Positions 26,497-38,568 of a stretch of 64,000 nt of DNA are shown piece after piece (positions within the stretch are counted from its first letter, which is position 1; each line of letters begins with the position of its first letter). Where the stretch lies: assembly GCA_001949185.1 (NCBI GenBank), contig BDGG01000017.1, positions 434,001-498,000 on the forward strand, written 5' to 3'. The notes beneath the pieces are model-generated. The model saw only the letters and a list, made by a program, of their open reading frames with translations, had not been told where the DNA came from and did not search any database. The stretch is from Ramazzottius varieornatus (lineage: Eukaryota; Animalia; Tardigrada). Position numbers and translations under genes: made by a program.

Positions 26497-26972
26497 CCTC
26501 ACGGCTTTCAAATTTTCAACCCGCGCAACCGCTCAAAAACACCTCGCCGTTCTAACTTTCTTCTTACATGAGGTGGCCTTCCTGTTGATCCTTTGCTTTC
26601 GTGCAGCTTCGAGAAATTACCGCCGCATTTCTTGCCTGAAAAAAGAATTTTAAGTTTTGTATTTTGTGGCATTACGTACCCGAAGGAAACGACAGGTGAA
26701 AAACAACAAAAACCGCTCGTGAATAAAACAGGTTCGTCATTCCGATATTAGAGGAGTAAAACAAACTGCAGATTACGATATCAACGTGATCGCATCGTCG
26801 CAAAAGGGACGCTTCATGACAAAACATCACCCATAAAATCAACCTTCGTAATAAAAACTCCAACGACCGCATGAAATACTGTTACAGGAGGTTAGAGGAA
26901 GAAGGTAGATCATACAAAAGAGAAAACTCGACAACTCATGTCAGTAGTGTAACGTCATGAAGTTGAAAAGAA

Positions 26973-28740
26973 CTAAACCATTTGGTCGTTAAAAGAATGG
27001 GAAAAGACGTCCATCGGTCCGTCGCAAGTGTCCATCTCTTCCTGAGAGCTCGGAATGACGTTGCCAATGTTAGCCAGCGCGGAGCAGGGTCTCTTCTTGG
27101 AAGGCGTTGGAGCTGAAGGCGCACGGCAAAGTGAGGGTGGCGGTTGAAAGTAGAAGCCGTACTGCTGGATGGACTTTATGGAACGGAGAGTAGCGTTGAT
27201 TTTTGGGAAGGTTGAACGTTGGGAAGGATTTAGTCGGAAACAGCCTTCCAAAATCTCCAGACTGAAAATTTAATAATGAAATAGAGTATCACAAAATATG
27301 GTAAAACCAAACTCGACAAGATTGTTTACCCCGGCGGCGAACATTTACAGTGTTATTGCTGCAAGCGTGCGTCAGTTGGAAAACTCGGCAAGTTTGGTTT
27401 CTCAAGTGGCGCATGTTTTCACTGTTGATAGCTGGGAGGGTGCGCCACTTGGTCAACAAACTCAACAACATCGCTTTCCCAAGTGGCGAACGTAACCTTA
27501 GATATTTGCTGGTAACGTGCGGCGCTTGGAAAACGATCCGCTCGAGATTGTCTGCCTAGATTCTATGTATCCAAGGCTTACATTGGGGGCGGGAAAAAAC
27601 GTTCTCGGATGGCTTGGGACCATACGAACAGTGGTGGAGAGGAAGACACGTGCTCGGCGTGGGCTATTTTACTCAGAGCCCGCTGACTGCTCGAAACACC
27701 CGACTGCCACCCAACACCACCGGTGTCTCCTAACTGGAAACACTGCACTAGCAACACGCCAAAAGCCCACACATCGCTGGCCTTGGAGACACGTCCAGAA
27801 ACCAGTTCGGGAGATCGAACATTCACGGGAACTACAACATCATTCTGAAAAGAGAAGAAGCACATAAACTGTCTATTTTCATGCTGCGGAAATTATGGCC
27901 GGCACAGTCAGTGAAGCTAACAGTGTAAACCCGGGTGGAGGAAACGGATCCGGACTTGACTTACTTCAGCGTAAACTGGTTCCCCGCTAGGAAGCTCGAC
28001 GGCTTGGACAGGCAGGCATATTTTCGGAACGAAGTTATGGTTAAAAAAGATACTGTGCATGCTTAGGCTCAAATGAACAACGTTAAGGTTGGCTAGATGG
28101 TCCATGGCGGAAGCTATCTGACAAGCAATGCCCAGCAAGGTCTTGGTGGTCAGAAACCATTCTTTGTTTCTTCCCGAAACTTTCAGCTGGCCAGCAAGTC
28201 CCTTGGCGATGTATGCCAGAGCGCTTCGAGTCTCCACATGTGCGTTCTCGAAACGGAACGACTGGCGATGGTAACGCAGGACGTTACAAGAGACGGAAAA
28301 GTGGCGGAAGAGGTCCGCCAAGGAACCGTTGGGCAGCACTTCGTGTACCACGTACAGCGCATTCGATTCTGTGTAACACAGGGTGTTTAGCGACAAAGGT
28401 CGTTTTTTTTAAGTGGCGCATTTTTCTGCGTTATTGGCTGCAAACGTGCGCCACCAGCGAAAATCGATCTTTTGATGTTTGTTCGCCGAGCTCTTGGCTG
28501 AAGCGGGAAAAAGAAAACTGAGAAATGATACCTGTTAAATGGGTACCGAAGAACTTCTGAATGTTGGCGTGTTCAGGGCGGGAGATCTTGACCAGCAGGT
28601 TGAGGCGGTCCAAGAAGACGGCAAGCTTTTCACGAGGTGCGGGGTAGCTCTGCAACTCTATGGCGTACTTCATTTCTAGGGTTACGCTTGTGAAATCGTC
28701 CGATGAATTCGTGTCACTGTCGTCCATCTCCACATCTACA
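26973..28740 (-). CDS. Tyrosine-kinase-like pseudokinase domain (probably the C-terminal half of the upstream kinase gene)
   Basis: Spliced pieces HANIQKFFG, LYVVHEVLPNGSL, IACQIASAMDHL..VVHLSLS, SPE..SKASDVWAFGVLL, MEGCF..NPSQRSTF. The HRD Asp and the DFG are missing. Confidence 0.7.
27318..27540. repeat. Fixed-spacer palindrome array (3 units), pseudokinase intron
   Basis: For example CTCAAGTGGCGCA-N27-TGCGCCACTTGG; period 76-82 bp. Single units also occur at ~28397-28470 and ~28825-28885. Confidence 0.85.
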
Positions 28741-29127
28741 AAAAGCTCCAAGATAGTTTCCAGCCGATGAAACTTGGTAAAACGCGATTTAAAAAACTGG
28801 CGATTGGCAAACAAATTCGAGTAAATTGCTTCCTCAAGTGGCGCACGTTCCCGGTACCAGAAACTGGAAGCCTGCGCGACACGGATGAATAGCTACACTC
28901 AAAGCTGGCGTTTACGTAAAAGTAGTCGTTTAAAAACGGCGTTTGTTTAAGTAAATCAACCAATCACGTAATCAATTGAAATTTCAGGTCTGAGTACCGA
29001 AATAATCAATCACAGTCTAACATACCAAATGACGTAGAAAAGGCTGTGACGTCAGAACATTGAAGGGAATTTTTTGAGTGGAACATTTTCGCACACGATG
29101 CCGACATCACGGAGGCGATTAACAGGC

Positions 29128-29272
29128 TCCGTTTAGCTAAATGGACGATTTCAATCCGTTTAGCTAAACTGAGTGGGCGGGGTCTGTTTGGCGAGCTTGA
29201 TCAATCCCAACGTCCGTTTAGCTAAACAAACGGCCCAAATTTAGGTAAACGCCAGCTTTGAGTCTAGCTAAT
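29128..29272. repeat. Cluster of CCGTTTAGCTAAA palindromic motifs
   Basis: Three exact copies of CCGTTTAGCTAAA plus degenerate TTTAGGTAAA and CTAGCTAA, lying between the two kinase domains. Confidence 0.7.
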
Positions 29273-29389
29273 GATCGTATCAAGTCTGTTTGCCAATCAG
29301 CCAAGCAAACGAGCAAGCCAGCCGTAGGAGTATCCGGGTGGAAAAGTAGTCTGCGATAAGAAAGTCGGCGGACATCCTGGATGAAAACT

Positions 29390-30914
29390 TACGAATGAGG
29401 AAAGCTGTTACTATACCTGCGCACTCTACTTGAATGGTTGATGAGGAAAAGAGCGCCGCTGTATCCCCTCCCAGCCTCATGTCCTCTTCCCACTTCAGAG
29501 CCGGATGTCGGAGGATCTCCGCCGCTGTCGGACGGGAAGCAGGCTCAATTTGCAAGGCCTGTCGGTACAGTAGATACCAGTGCTGCGGAACTTCCTGTGG
29601 ACCGGGCTTGTGGGGCCCCTTGCCAATGACCGAGTTGTAACTGATGCAGACCTCCTCGGTTTCCGGGTAGGCCATGTCCTGCGTCCCTCGTCGTTCCCTG
29701 TTGTACAACGGTGGTCTGCCCAGCTTCATCTCAATCAGCACGCAACCGAAACTGAAGATATCGGCTGCCCGACCACGAGGAAACTCTTCTTGAGTCATTT
29801 CTGGAGCTTTGTAACGAGGAGTACCAACGTGCATTTTCACTTCTTCAGGTTGTGTTTGGGGATACTCAAGCTTGACCATTTCTCCGAAGTCACACAGCTT
29901 CGCTACGTCCTGGTCGTTGATGACAATGTTCTGGCCTTTGAGGTCTAAGTGAACGATCTGCTGAGAGTGGAGGTAGGCTAGACCGGAAGCAATGTGCATG
30001 GTGTAGCGCTTCATTTCCGGGATGGACAGACCGTTACTGCGGGCAGCTCGCTGCGACAACGTCCCACCTGCAAGATTACCCAACACTGTGAAAACAGACC
30101 TCTTGACGTCAAAAAACCACTTGCACCCACTGTTAAACGGATACGCAATCATCATCGGTTCATTTCATTTCTACGGAATAAGCAACGGAATAAGCCGACA
30201 CGTGACTCAATGGCAGAGCACGACCGCCACGTGACCGTCTTGAAACAACGATTGATTGAGCGGAAGTTGATTGTGCAGACACCAAAATTTTAAACATCAT
30301 TCTCGAATCTAGAGTTTCTCACCTGAGCAACACTCCATAAAGATTTGCACTTGTGGAATTCTGTTGGGATCAAAGAGGACTTCCACCGCTAGATGCTTGA
30401 TAATGTTGGGATGGTTCAGTTCGCGGAGAACTTCGAAAGATTCGAGCACCTTGTCCACTCTGCGCATCAGTACGCGATTTCTTGTCAGCTGTCGTTCCTT
30501 TTCTGCGCTGACGTCTCCAAATCCCGTCCAGCCCAGGTCCGGGGTCTCCGGCTGGTAACTCTTCCTGGCCAGGAACTCTCCCGTGTCTTCTCTAAGCACC
30601 AGACTGACGACATGATTTCCTCTCCCGATATCCTGTACGAATTTCACACCGAACAAGGGCTTGAAGCGATTGTAGTACTGTTCCTGTTCCTGGCTGGCTG
30701 GAAAAGGGAACGAGCAGAGTGGCTGCATTCTTCAGAAGGATGCAGGTGAGAAGATGCTTTCATTCAACCTTGACCTCCATTTCGGCGATGCCAGTGCCTG
30801 CAAAGAACGGAGCTTCTGCAAGTACAAAAGTCCAAAGAAACGTCTGAAACGATAAGCGATATCTTACCAGCTGGCTTGTTGCTGGCGATCTGGCCGCTTA
30901 ATAAGATCTTCCAT
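29390..30914 (-). CDS. MAP3K/STE11-like Ser/Thr kinase domain
   Basis: IGRG, LARK, LNHPNII, IFMECCSG|GTL, IVHLDLKGQN, KLCDFG, GTPRYKAPE, DIFSFGCVLIEM, RPTAAEIL.HP. The start exon at 30914 is tentative. Confidence 0.8.
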
Positions 30915-30977
30915 CGTCCTTAATCCTTATGCAGATCCCATTGTGGCTAAGCAGTCAACTGTTATAAAATTTACGTA

Positions 30978-31304
30978 CGAGGTAAACGTCACAATTCGGG
31001 CGGGCCAGTTTTCCCGTCATAATTCGGGCGGCTCGAAAAGTTGATACGTTATTCGCTACGCTGTACTGATTGATCACCGTACGTCGGTTAATACAACTTT
31101 AGGCTTCTTAACATTGCGCATACCCCTCTTCCTCCCACCGCTAACTCCGCAACTCTTTGACATCTTCCGATCTTTCAACCTATCACATGAGATAGAAGAC
31201 AGGATATTCTACCCTGGGAAGCAAAAACTAGGTAGCAGCTGAGATACAGACCACCCAAATTGCGACGGGAAAACTGGCTCGCCCGAATTGTGACGTTTAC
31301 CTTG
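30978..31304. mobile_element. Mariner-like MITE (327 bp)
   Basis: ~41-bp TIR C(G/A)AGGTAAACGTCACAATTCGGGCG.GCCAGTTTTCCCGTC, TA TSD on both sides. Confidence 0.9.
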
Positions 31305-31494
31305 TACTGTAAATATTCGCTGCGACCGCGCAGCACATCATTGTACAAGTGAAGTACGGCCCCGGTCTGGTTTCACGGACTGCGCAACCCCCTACGGAGG
31401 TGCATAGTCACGTACGTGTACGTACTGCGTGGACGCAGCGAATATTTACAGTATCTTCTAGATCAAAGCAGATGACAAAGCTGTTGTTCTTCGC

Positions 31495-32112
31495 TAGTGC
31501 TGGCAACGATATGGTATACCGATATCGTATCGAAATTTATCGAATCTTTACGATAAAATATGCGGCGGATATCGTACCGAAAATATCGATATGAAACTCG
31601 TATCGAATAATGCAATAAAATATTCGGCGATATCGTATCGCACCATATCGATATAATTTCGATATATCGGTATTTTGCTGAATGGCAACCTCGCCAGTGA
31701 TATCTCGTTTACGGAAGACCATGGTTGATTTCAAAACTTGGTTCTGGCCATGGTGTACCGAGCACACTCCACCCATTCGGTTCTGGTACTAATTCTGTCC
31801 AGGTTTCCATGTGTTTGAAGTCTTGGTATAATCATGTCTTTGCTGCATCCGACGCTTTCGATCTTACTATTACTTTATGTGGAAATCGGCTTCTTGAGTT
31901 TTTGGGCTTGAACCCGTTGAAATTTCGAAAAACTAAAATTCCAGAAATATCGATATATCGCTGCGATATGACACGATATATCGAAAATACGGTAACGGAA
32001 AAATATCGTATCGAAACACCGATATCGAATGAATATCGAAGACCGCGATAAAATATCTGCCGATATTGTATCGAAAAATGTATCGAGTTTTATCGTATTT
32101 TTGCTAGCGCTA
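31495..32112. mobile_element. Non-autonomous hAT element (618 bp)
   Basis: Perfect 8-bp TSD TTCTTCGC (31487-31494 and 32113-32120), 12-bp imperfect TIR TAG(T/C)GCT(G/A)GCAA, dense subterminal ATATCG/CGATAT repeats. Confidence 0.9.
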
Positions 32113-32494
32113 TTCTTCGCAGCGGGAAATTAAAATCGAGTATTCCCAGCTGATTTTGTCGTCTGACAGAACGTGTCTCAAACTCAGACCAGCAGGGTCG
32201 TATTTGGACGATGCGCACGTCCTACTCCATTTCGTCGTTTGTGTTTACCAGCGGCCAGAGTTAAAAAACCGAGAGAACATGGCACACCTCGAAGTGCCGG
32301 ATAGCCACGCCCTCCCAACAAGCTTCAGCTGATTGCCTTCATTGCGTGTTTTGCTTTTCTCGTTCAAATTCGTTTCGATTTTCTTGTCCGCCTGTCCGGA
32401 TTTTCTTTCCCATTGATCTCATCTTTATAACTCGTCTCTTCCTGAATTCTGACTGTATTCTGCACTTCTCTAACGTTCTGCATTTTGCAGAAAG

Positions 32495-34427
32495 ATGCCG
32501 AGAGTGTATGCCAAGCGTAAGATGGCGGACGTCGGCGCTACGGAGCTGAGCGACAGCGAAGCCGAATCTTCCAAGCCGTCCAGTAGCAAGAAAAAGTATC
32601 CGACTCGCAGTGCCTCTTCCGCCCGCAAAGCTGTCGCTGCTGCACCTGCCAAGAAGGTTGCTCAAGTTCCGCGAAAGCAGGCACCTCCACCAAAGAAGAA
32701 TGTAAAGGTGGAAGTTCCCAAAAAAGAAGACAAACCCGCGACGACGATCACGACTTCCGTCAAGAAAAGTATCCTCAAAATCCCCAAAGGCATGATTGAC
32801 TTGGACTCTTCGGATGAGTCCAGTGACGAGATGTCTCTGGAAAGCACGATCACCCCGACGGTCCAGTTCACTCCCAGTGCCACTCCGTTCAACCCGTTTC
32901 AGCATGCCATGACGATGTTTCCGACCAGCTTCGGCAGCGCTCATGGCTACTCAAACTGGGATCCCCGTGCCTCGTCTGACTGGGACAAGGTCGAACCCAC
33001 AGCCATGTGCAAGAAGCGAATGCAGCATGACTTGGCCAATAGTCTTTCCGAAGAAGAGGTCCTGAAGATCTACGTCCATCCAAATGAAGAGGACATCACC
33101 AAGCTGACGGCGTTGGTGATCGGACCAAGCGAAACTCCATACGAAGGTACCGTAAATTTCGAACCTAACCGTAACCTACGCTTACCGTGCATATCCTTGA
33201 TACCCCTGAGGCATCAGTCACGATGGGTTATTTTCGTGCGCGACTTGATCTGCATTATTTGGCTTGCGGCTCAGTTGCCGTTTTGTGGATATGGTTTGGT
33301 TCTTTCTAGGTGGATTCTTCCTCTTTTACGTTCGTGTACCTCCCGAGTATCCTCTGAAGCCACCGCGGGTTGTGAATTTGACGACTGGCGATAACACTGT
33401 ACAGTTCGGTCCGAACTTGTACGACTCCGGGAAAGTCTGTCTGAGTATTCTCGGGTATGCTCACTCATTGAGCCTGTTCAATCAAGCGAAACACAAACGT
33501 TTGTCTCCGTCGGGCCAATCAAGATACTTAACAACTTTTCAGGACGTGGACTGGCCCTTCGTGGTCGGCTGCAATGACGTTGAGCGTCACACTGACCAGT
33601 ATTCAGAGCTTGATGAGCGTGGGGGCGATGCGCAACGAGCCTGGTGATGAAGATACCCCGATGAACAGCCCGCGCTTGATCGCTTACGACCGCAGTGTCC
33701 GCTACAAGACCATCCGCGTGGCCATCCTCGATAACCTCGACCGAGCCCTCCACAATGATCAGACCACCTTCCCGGAGAAGTTCCGCCAGGCCATGTTCCA
33801 GTCCTTCCTCAGAACCTGTGATAACCTCATGAGCGTTTGTGTAGTGGAACACGAGCAACGAACGGCGCATCTGGCGGAGAAAGTCAATAAATTATCGGAA
33901 AAGGTTCGTGCAAACATTTTTGTTGATACTTTAAACATGCGTAGAAATTTCTGAAATTTTGAGTACGCACTTGATAAAAGCTAACTTTCTATCGATAACA
34001 GTTTAATAACAGTCGCGACATGCACCTGCGTGTTTCGAACTTTGAGCAGTTGTAGTGTCTCGTGTATGCAGGTGCATGACTTGCGGAGATGAATTTCGGA
34101 TGCGGCATGCAGTTGCATACCCTAACTACGGTTAATGCACTGCTGATTTGCGTGTGGGTGCATGATGCATGAACAGAATTTGCTTGTGAATTTCTCAGAA
34201 GTTTTCAGTCCGAATTCCTGTTTTTTGTTCTCCAGAAAACGGAATGGACTATGGATGAAGATGAGGACGAAGACTCGGATATGTCGGACACGGACGACTA
34301 CGACGAGGATGACGATGACTACGGCTACGATGGCTCCGGGGATGGTGGTCGCGACTGGATGGCGCTGAAGGGAAAACTGGAGGAAATGAAGCAACGCGTC
34401 CGTGCGGAGCTAGGTCTTTCTGCGTAA
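32495..34427 (+). CDS. UBE2Z: Ubiquitin-conjugating enzyme E2 Z-like
   Basis: Exons 32495-33146, 33310-33454, 33543-33903, 34236-34427. [28 protein letters not shown]...[34 protein letters not shown]; acidic C-terminal tail. Confidence 0.85.
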
Positions 34428-34883
34428 GCTCTTAAGAGTTAAATTTTTTACTAAAAAGCTTTTTTTTGTGTCCTGACACATCGTAATTAAGGCTTTCGGG
34501 CGTTTTCGTTCCTGTATATTCCGAGTGTGACAGAGCCAGATTACAATACCACAGATCATACTCAGAAATCAAAGCAGATTTTCTTTGACGTTATTTTCCT
34601 CCTTCCCTTTTGTGGGTGAAAATGAGTGAGCTATTCACGGTTTTCCAGGAATTACAGTCTAGCTTACAAGTTCGCCGAACAATTTTCAAACTGCTGTATT
34701 ACATTCGGCGTACGATCTAAACTCGATACTGTATGGAAGCTCAAGTTACTTTTGGCAAAAATGGCTCTCGGTCAGTCAATATTAAAAAGGAAGCGTAATG
34801 TGTAGCACGCTGATAACTTCTAAGTAACTTGAGATAGAAGATGAAACGGAAGCAAAGATGGGAGGAAGGCGAACAAATCTGAC

Positions 34884-34950
34884 ATGATTTTTTCAAGCGG
34901 CGCAAGCTTCCAGCAAATAACACCGTGAATGCGCGCCACTTGCGGGATCT
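34884..34950. repeat. Fixed-spacer palindrome (1 unit) just 3' of the CDR2-like stop
   Basis: TTCAAGCGGCGCA-N27-CGCGCCACTTG. Confidence 0.75.
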
Positions 34951-34987
34951 TGCCGAGTCTGTCTAGGTATATTTTCCAAATGCTCTG

Positions 34988-37900
34988 CTAGAATTGATTA
35001 TAATAATGGATGATTTGCTTCTTGGGTTTGCTGTTCTTCCCACTCTTCTGTCCGGGCTGGCTAGCTCGCATGGCATCCTCTTCCTGAGATCGCTTGATAA
35101 TGTCGAAGATTTCCTTGAAGAGCTTCTTGTATTCCGGCGGTCCTCGTTCAAAGCGCCCATGTGTGGGGTCGCCACCACGGCTGGCCAAGTAATCAATGAT
35201 CAAGCCGGTGTCCGTCTGCGTCGTCTTGCTCTTCACTTTGGCGCCCACTTCCTCCTTGGAATTCTTCTCCTGCTCGTGCTCGATCTGCTCCCGTCGGAGA
35301 TCGTCCAAGAAACGATCGCGTAACGAGTCGGCAATCTCGTCCAGTATCGACAGCTGTTGCGCTGAGTTGTTCTCGACAATGGTGTCGGCAGGTTGAGCTT
35401 TCTCGCGTTGCTCGTTTAGCGCAGATATTTCTTCGGCGTACTTTGTCGTCAGGTTTTCCAGCTTGTCGCGCCAGGTGGTGGCGTCTTTCGTGACGTGGTT
35501 GAGCTGCGACCATAAGGAAGTGTTGTCGGCCATGATGTTGGCTACTTGGTTTTGCAGCAAGTCCCGCTGTTTCCGCTCGTCGGTGACCTGTCGCTGGAGT
35601 AACCGTACCTTCTCTCGGAGGATCCGGTTTTCGGATTCTTCTTGGTCCTCGTCATCGGACTCGGTAGTTGAACGATGATGTGCGGCGCTTTTGAGTGCTT
35701 CCCCATGGCTGATGCTGCGCGGAAGACCATTTCCGCCTGAAAAATGAAACACGCCATTTCAACGTTACAAAATGATGTTGCGTTAGAATTCGGTATAGAT
35801 AAAGCGCAATATTTCATGACTGATTCGTAAATCGCAAAACAAAGAAATTAACCAAAAATCCACTTGATAACCAATTTTGGACGTTCGCAGGTTCACCCAA
35901 ATCGTTTCCAAGTGCTGCACGCTTTCATCTAATGTACAGTGCCTTCACGCAAAATGGTGCCAGCTTTTTCGAAAAATTCTCTTACATCACAGAACGAAAC
36001 CTAAATTCTCAATCTATTTGTACATGATCCCCCTTTCTGTCGAGCATCTTTTGAACACGGCCTTGCCAGGAAGAAAGTGACTTGCGGATGATCCGGAGGT
36101 CGAAGTTGGTGCACACATCTTGGATAACCTTGCTCAATCCAGGAATGGTGGTAGCCTTGCGATCAGCTAAATATTTCTTCGAAATTCCATTGATCGCGTA
36201 GTCCAGCGGTCCTAGGTCTGGTGAATTGGCCATCCAGTGGTACTCAGGAACAAACCTCGGATGGTTGACTTTCATCCAGTTCTGGGTGTACTTGGCGGCA
36301 TAGGACTTGGCGCTGTCAAAATGGACGGTGACTTCTTTGCTTTCGTCATCCCTTGCCAGGAAATTCCAATGGCGACCATGATCTTCTTCGGCCAGTGTTT
36401 CGTGGGTTTTTTGCGCCACTCTTTGGGGATTTCCAGAAAATTGTCGGTGTAGTAATACTCCTTTTCGCTATTGCAATCGTCTAGAGTGATCCACGTTTCG
36501 TCCATGGTAAGGATTTTCTTGATCTTTTGAGGCCTCGGGTACTGGATAAAGAGCTTTCCGCGCTCGTACCTTTGCCTTTTCTGCACGTCGTTCAGGTGGT
36601 GAACCGTTGTCTTCTTGCGCACCTTCAGACCTAGATTCTCATGGACAATCTTGCTTACACTACCCACCGAACATCCTAGTTTACGGGCCAGTTTCCGCTG
36701 AGAGTCTGGGATCTTCTCAAGGACGGCCTTCTTCACTTTCCGGATGTTGGCTTTGGTACGCACCGACGGAAAACATTGCGCTGGCAGTCGCTTTAGAGAC
36801 TTCGTCCATCCGTTTCGCTTCATTTCTTCTTCTTTGAGTATCTTGCTGACCGTCTTCCTATGCAGCAAAATCCCGTGCTCCAAAAGTCGATCTGAAATTT
36901 TCTGATGGGATAAACGTTCCGCACCCCAAGCCACTGCCATAGCCTTCGTTTCAGAACTAGTTTCTGGAGCCATCTCGAAAGTTAACTCAGAAAGTGTTTC
37001 TTCATGAAACGCGGGATTGAAAATGGAGTGTGAAATCACCTGAGATGGAAGGGAAGCGAGTACAGGGATTTTTTTACAGTCGAGTTTAGAGTTGGCACCA
37101 TTTTGCGTGAACGCACTGTAATATGGAAACGTGCGTCACTTGCGAAAACGATCTGTCGAGTTTTCGAAATTAATGGCGCACGATTTCAACCGAAATAAAT
37201 GCCAATGAGAGCCACCTGAGATGGAAATCTGGTTGAGATCATTTGCCCATATTTTACCGAAAAGACCGCAGTAAGTTACCGTTGGTGGTCGAACCCGTCA
37301 GCGTGCTTTGCGCCGCAAACTTATCCTCCCATTTTTTGCGTTTGAGCTCCGTGACTTGGGCTTGTAGTTCGTCGCTGCGGCTCTGTAGAACCTCGACCGT
37401 GTCTTGTAACCTACAAAGGGGGTAATTGTACAAGAGGTAAAAAATGATATAACGGTAGTCTGTGGAAGAAAAAAGAGATGCGGTGTCATTCACATGGACA
37501 TACAGCCGTTGAGAATAGCTCTATGCCTCGACGATACTAGCTGTCGCAACGAAAATCTAACTGATGAGAAATCAAAGTCTTTAGTCGCGCCACACTAACT
37601 TCTTTTTCGACTCTAAACGGGTAAAAAAACCCCATCGCTTCTTCAACCGCACACAGCGCTTCACTGTCTCAAGACTTTCGTCACAAGCTGTTTCCTCCAC
37701 ATGGTCAATCAAGCGCGAAAACAAAACTATTGCAAGCCTTGATTGATAGATAGGTAGTATCCGTTCAACTGCCGCAGTGAGGTTACTGCGAAAGCCAGCG
37801 AATAACAGGAATAACAGAAGGGTGCACCCTAGCCCGACTGGATATTGTTTCTAACTGGCGCACGGTTTCGAAGTTTATTGCCTGCAGGTGAGCGCCACTC

Positions 37901-38568
37901 GAAAAACTCGACAAGATGGGTTACCTCAACTGGCGCAGGCTATTAGCCAACAGCAATGGTAAGATGCGCCACTGGCGGATACCATGGAATAGACTACAGA
38001 GCTCTCCTCTCCCTTTGCCTGACTTGGTTGCCAAATATATTGACAGAGCGATTTTTGCGTCGATCCTTGTGACTGATGAAGTCGGGTGACGTACCTGGTG
38101 ATTCGCAGGTAGTCCAGGTTGCGCAGCTCGGTCAGGTTTCCCTCGCTTCGTTTGAGCTCATGCAGTTGTCCGTCCAGCATCTCGCATGCTGCCAGTCGTG
38201 TGCCGCTTTCATCTCGCAGTAACTGAACTTGTTTGTTCAGAAACTGCAAAAGTAAATACTCATGCATATAAACTCCATCACAGATCGACGCTCCATCTTT
38301 GCGGTAAGCTCTCATGAGATTGCTCGAAAACTTTCAAGTGGGTTCTACAGTTTAATCAAGATCGATGCGATTTCGCTGAGCGCGATTTTCAAGATTTCAA
38401 CAAGTTCCACGAGTTTCAGCCGAACACGACGAGCTATTGTAATAAGACCACTTACGTCGATTTCTAACGCTTGGTCTTCCGCAAGATCTTGATAGGCCGA
38501 CAGATCCCGCTCCAGCTCTTGATTCCTCTGCAGCAATGTTTTTCCCAGTTCCGCCGCCAGCTGCAAAT
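34988..38568 (-). CDS. CDR2/CDR2L-like coiled-coil protein (first exon not identified)
   Basis: DLQLAAELGKTLLQRN.ELE (CC1-box-like), spliced coiled-coil exons (~38568-38456, 38244-38094, 37410-37258, 35737-34988), C-terminal PPEYKKLFKEIF motif typical of CDR2. Confidence 0.8.
35937..37118 (-). mobile_element. Tc1/mariner superfamily, DD37D (maT-type) transposon
   Basis: 26-bp TIR CAGTGC(C/G)TTCACGCAAAATGGTGCCA, TA TSD at 35935-35936 and 37119-37120; lies in a CDR2-like intron. Confidence 0.92.
36009..36973 (-). pseudogene. DD37D transposase, frameshifted by an internal deletion
   Basis: HTH region, MDETW, HFDSAKS, WMANSPDLGPLDY, with 37 residues between the 2nd and 3rd D. Split into two frames near 36340 and short between D1 and D2. 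Confidence 0.85.
37845..37982. repeat. Fixed-spacer palindrome array (2 units), CDR2-like intron
   Basis: AACTGGCGCA-N28-AGCGCCACTC and AACTGGCGCA-N27-TGCGCCACTG. Confidence 0.8.

Noticed and set aside
32339-32944. 201-aa minus-strand ORF
   Set aside because: Antisense to UBE2Z exon 1.
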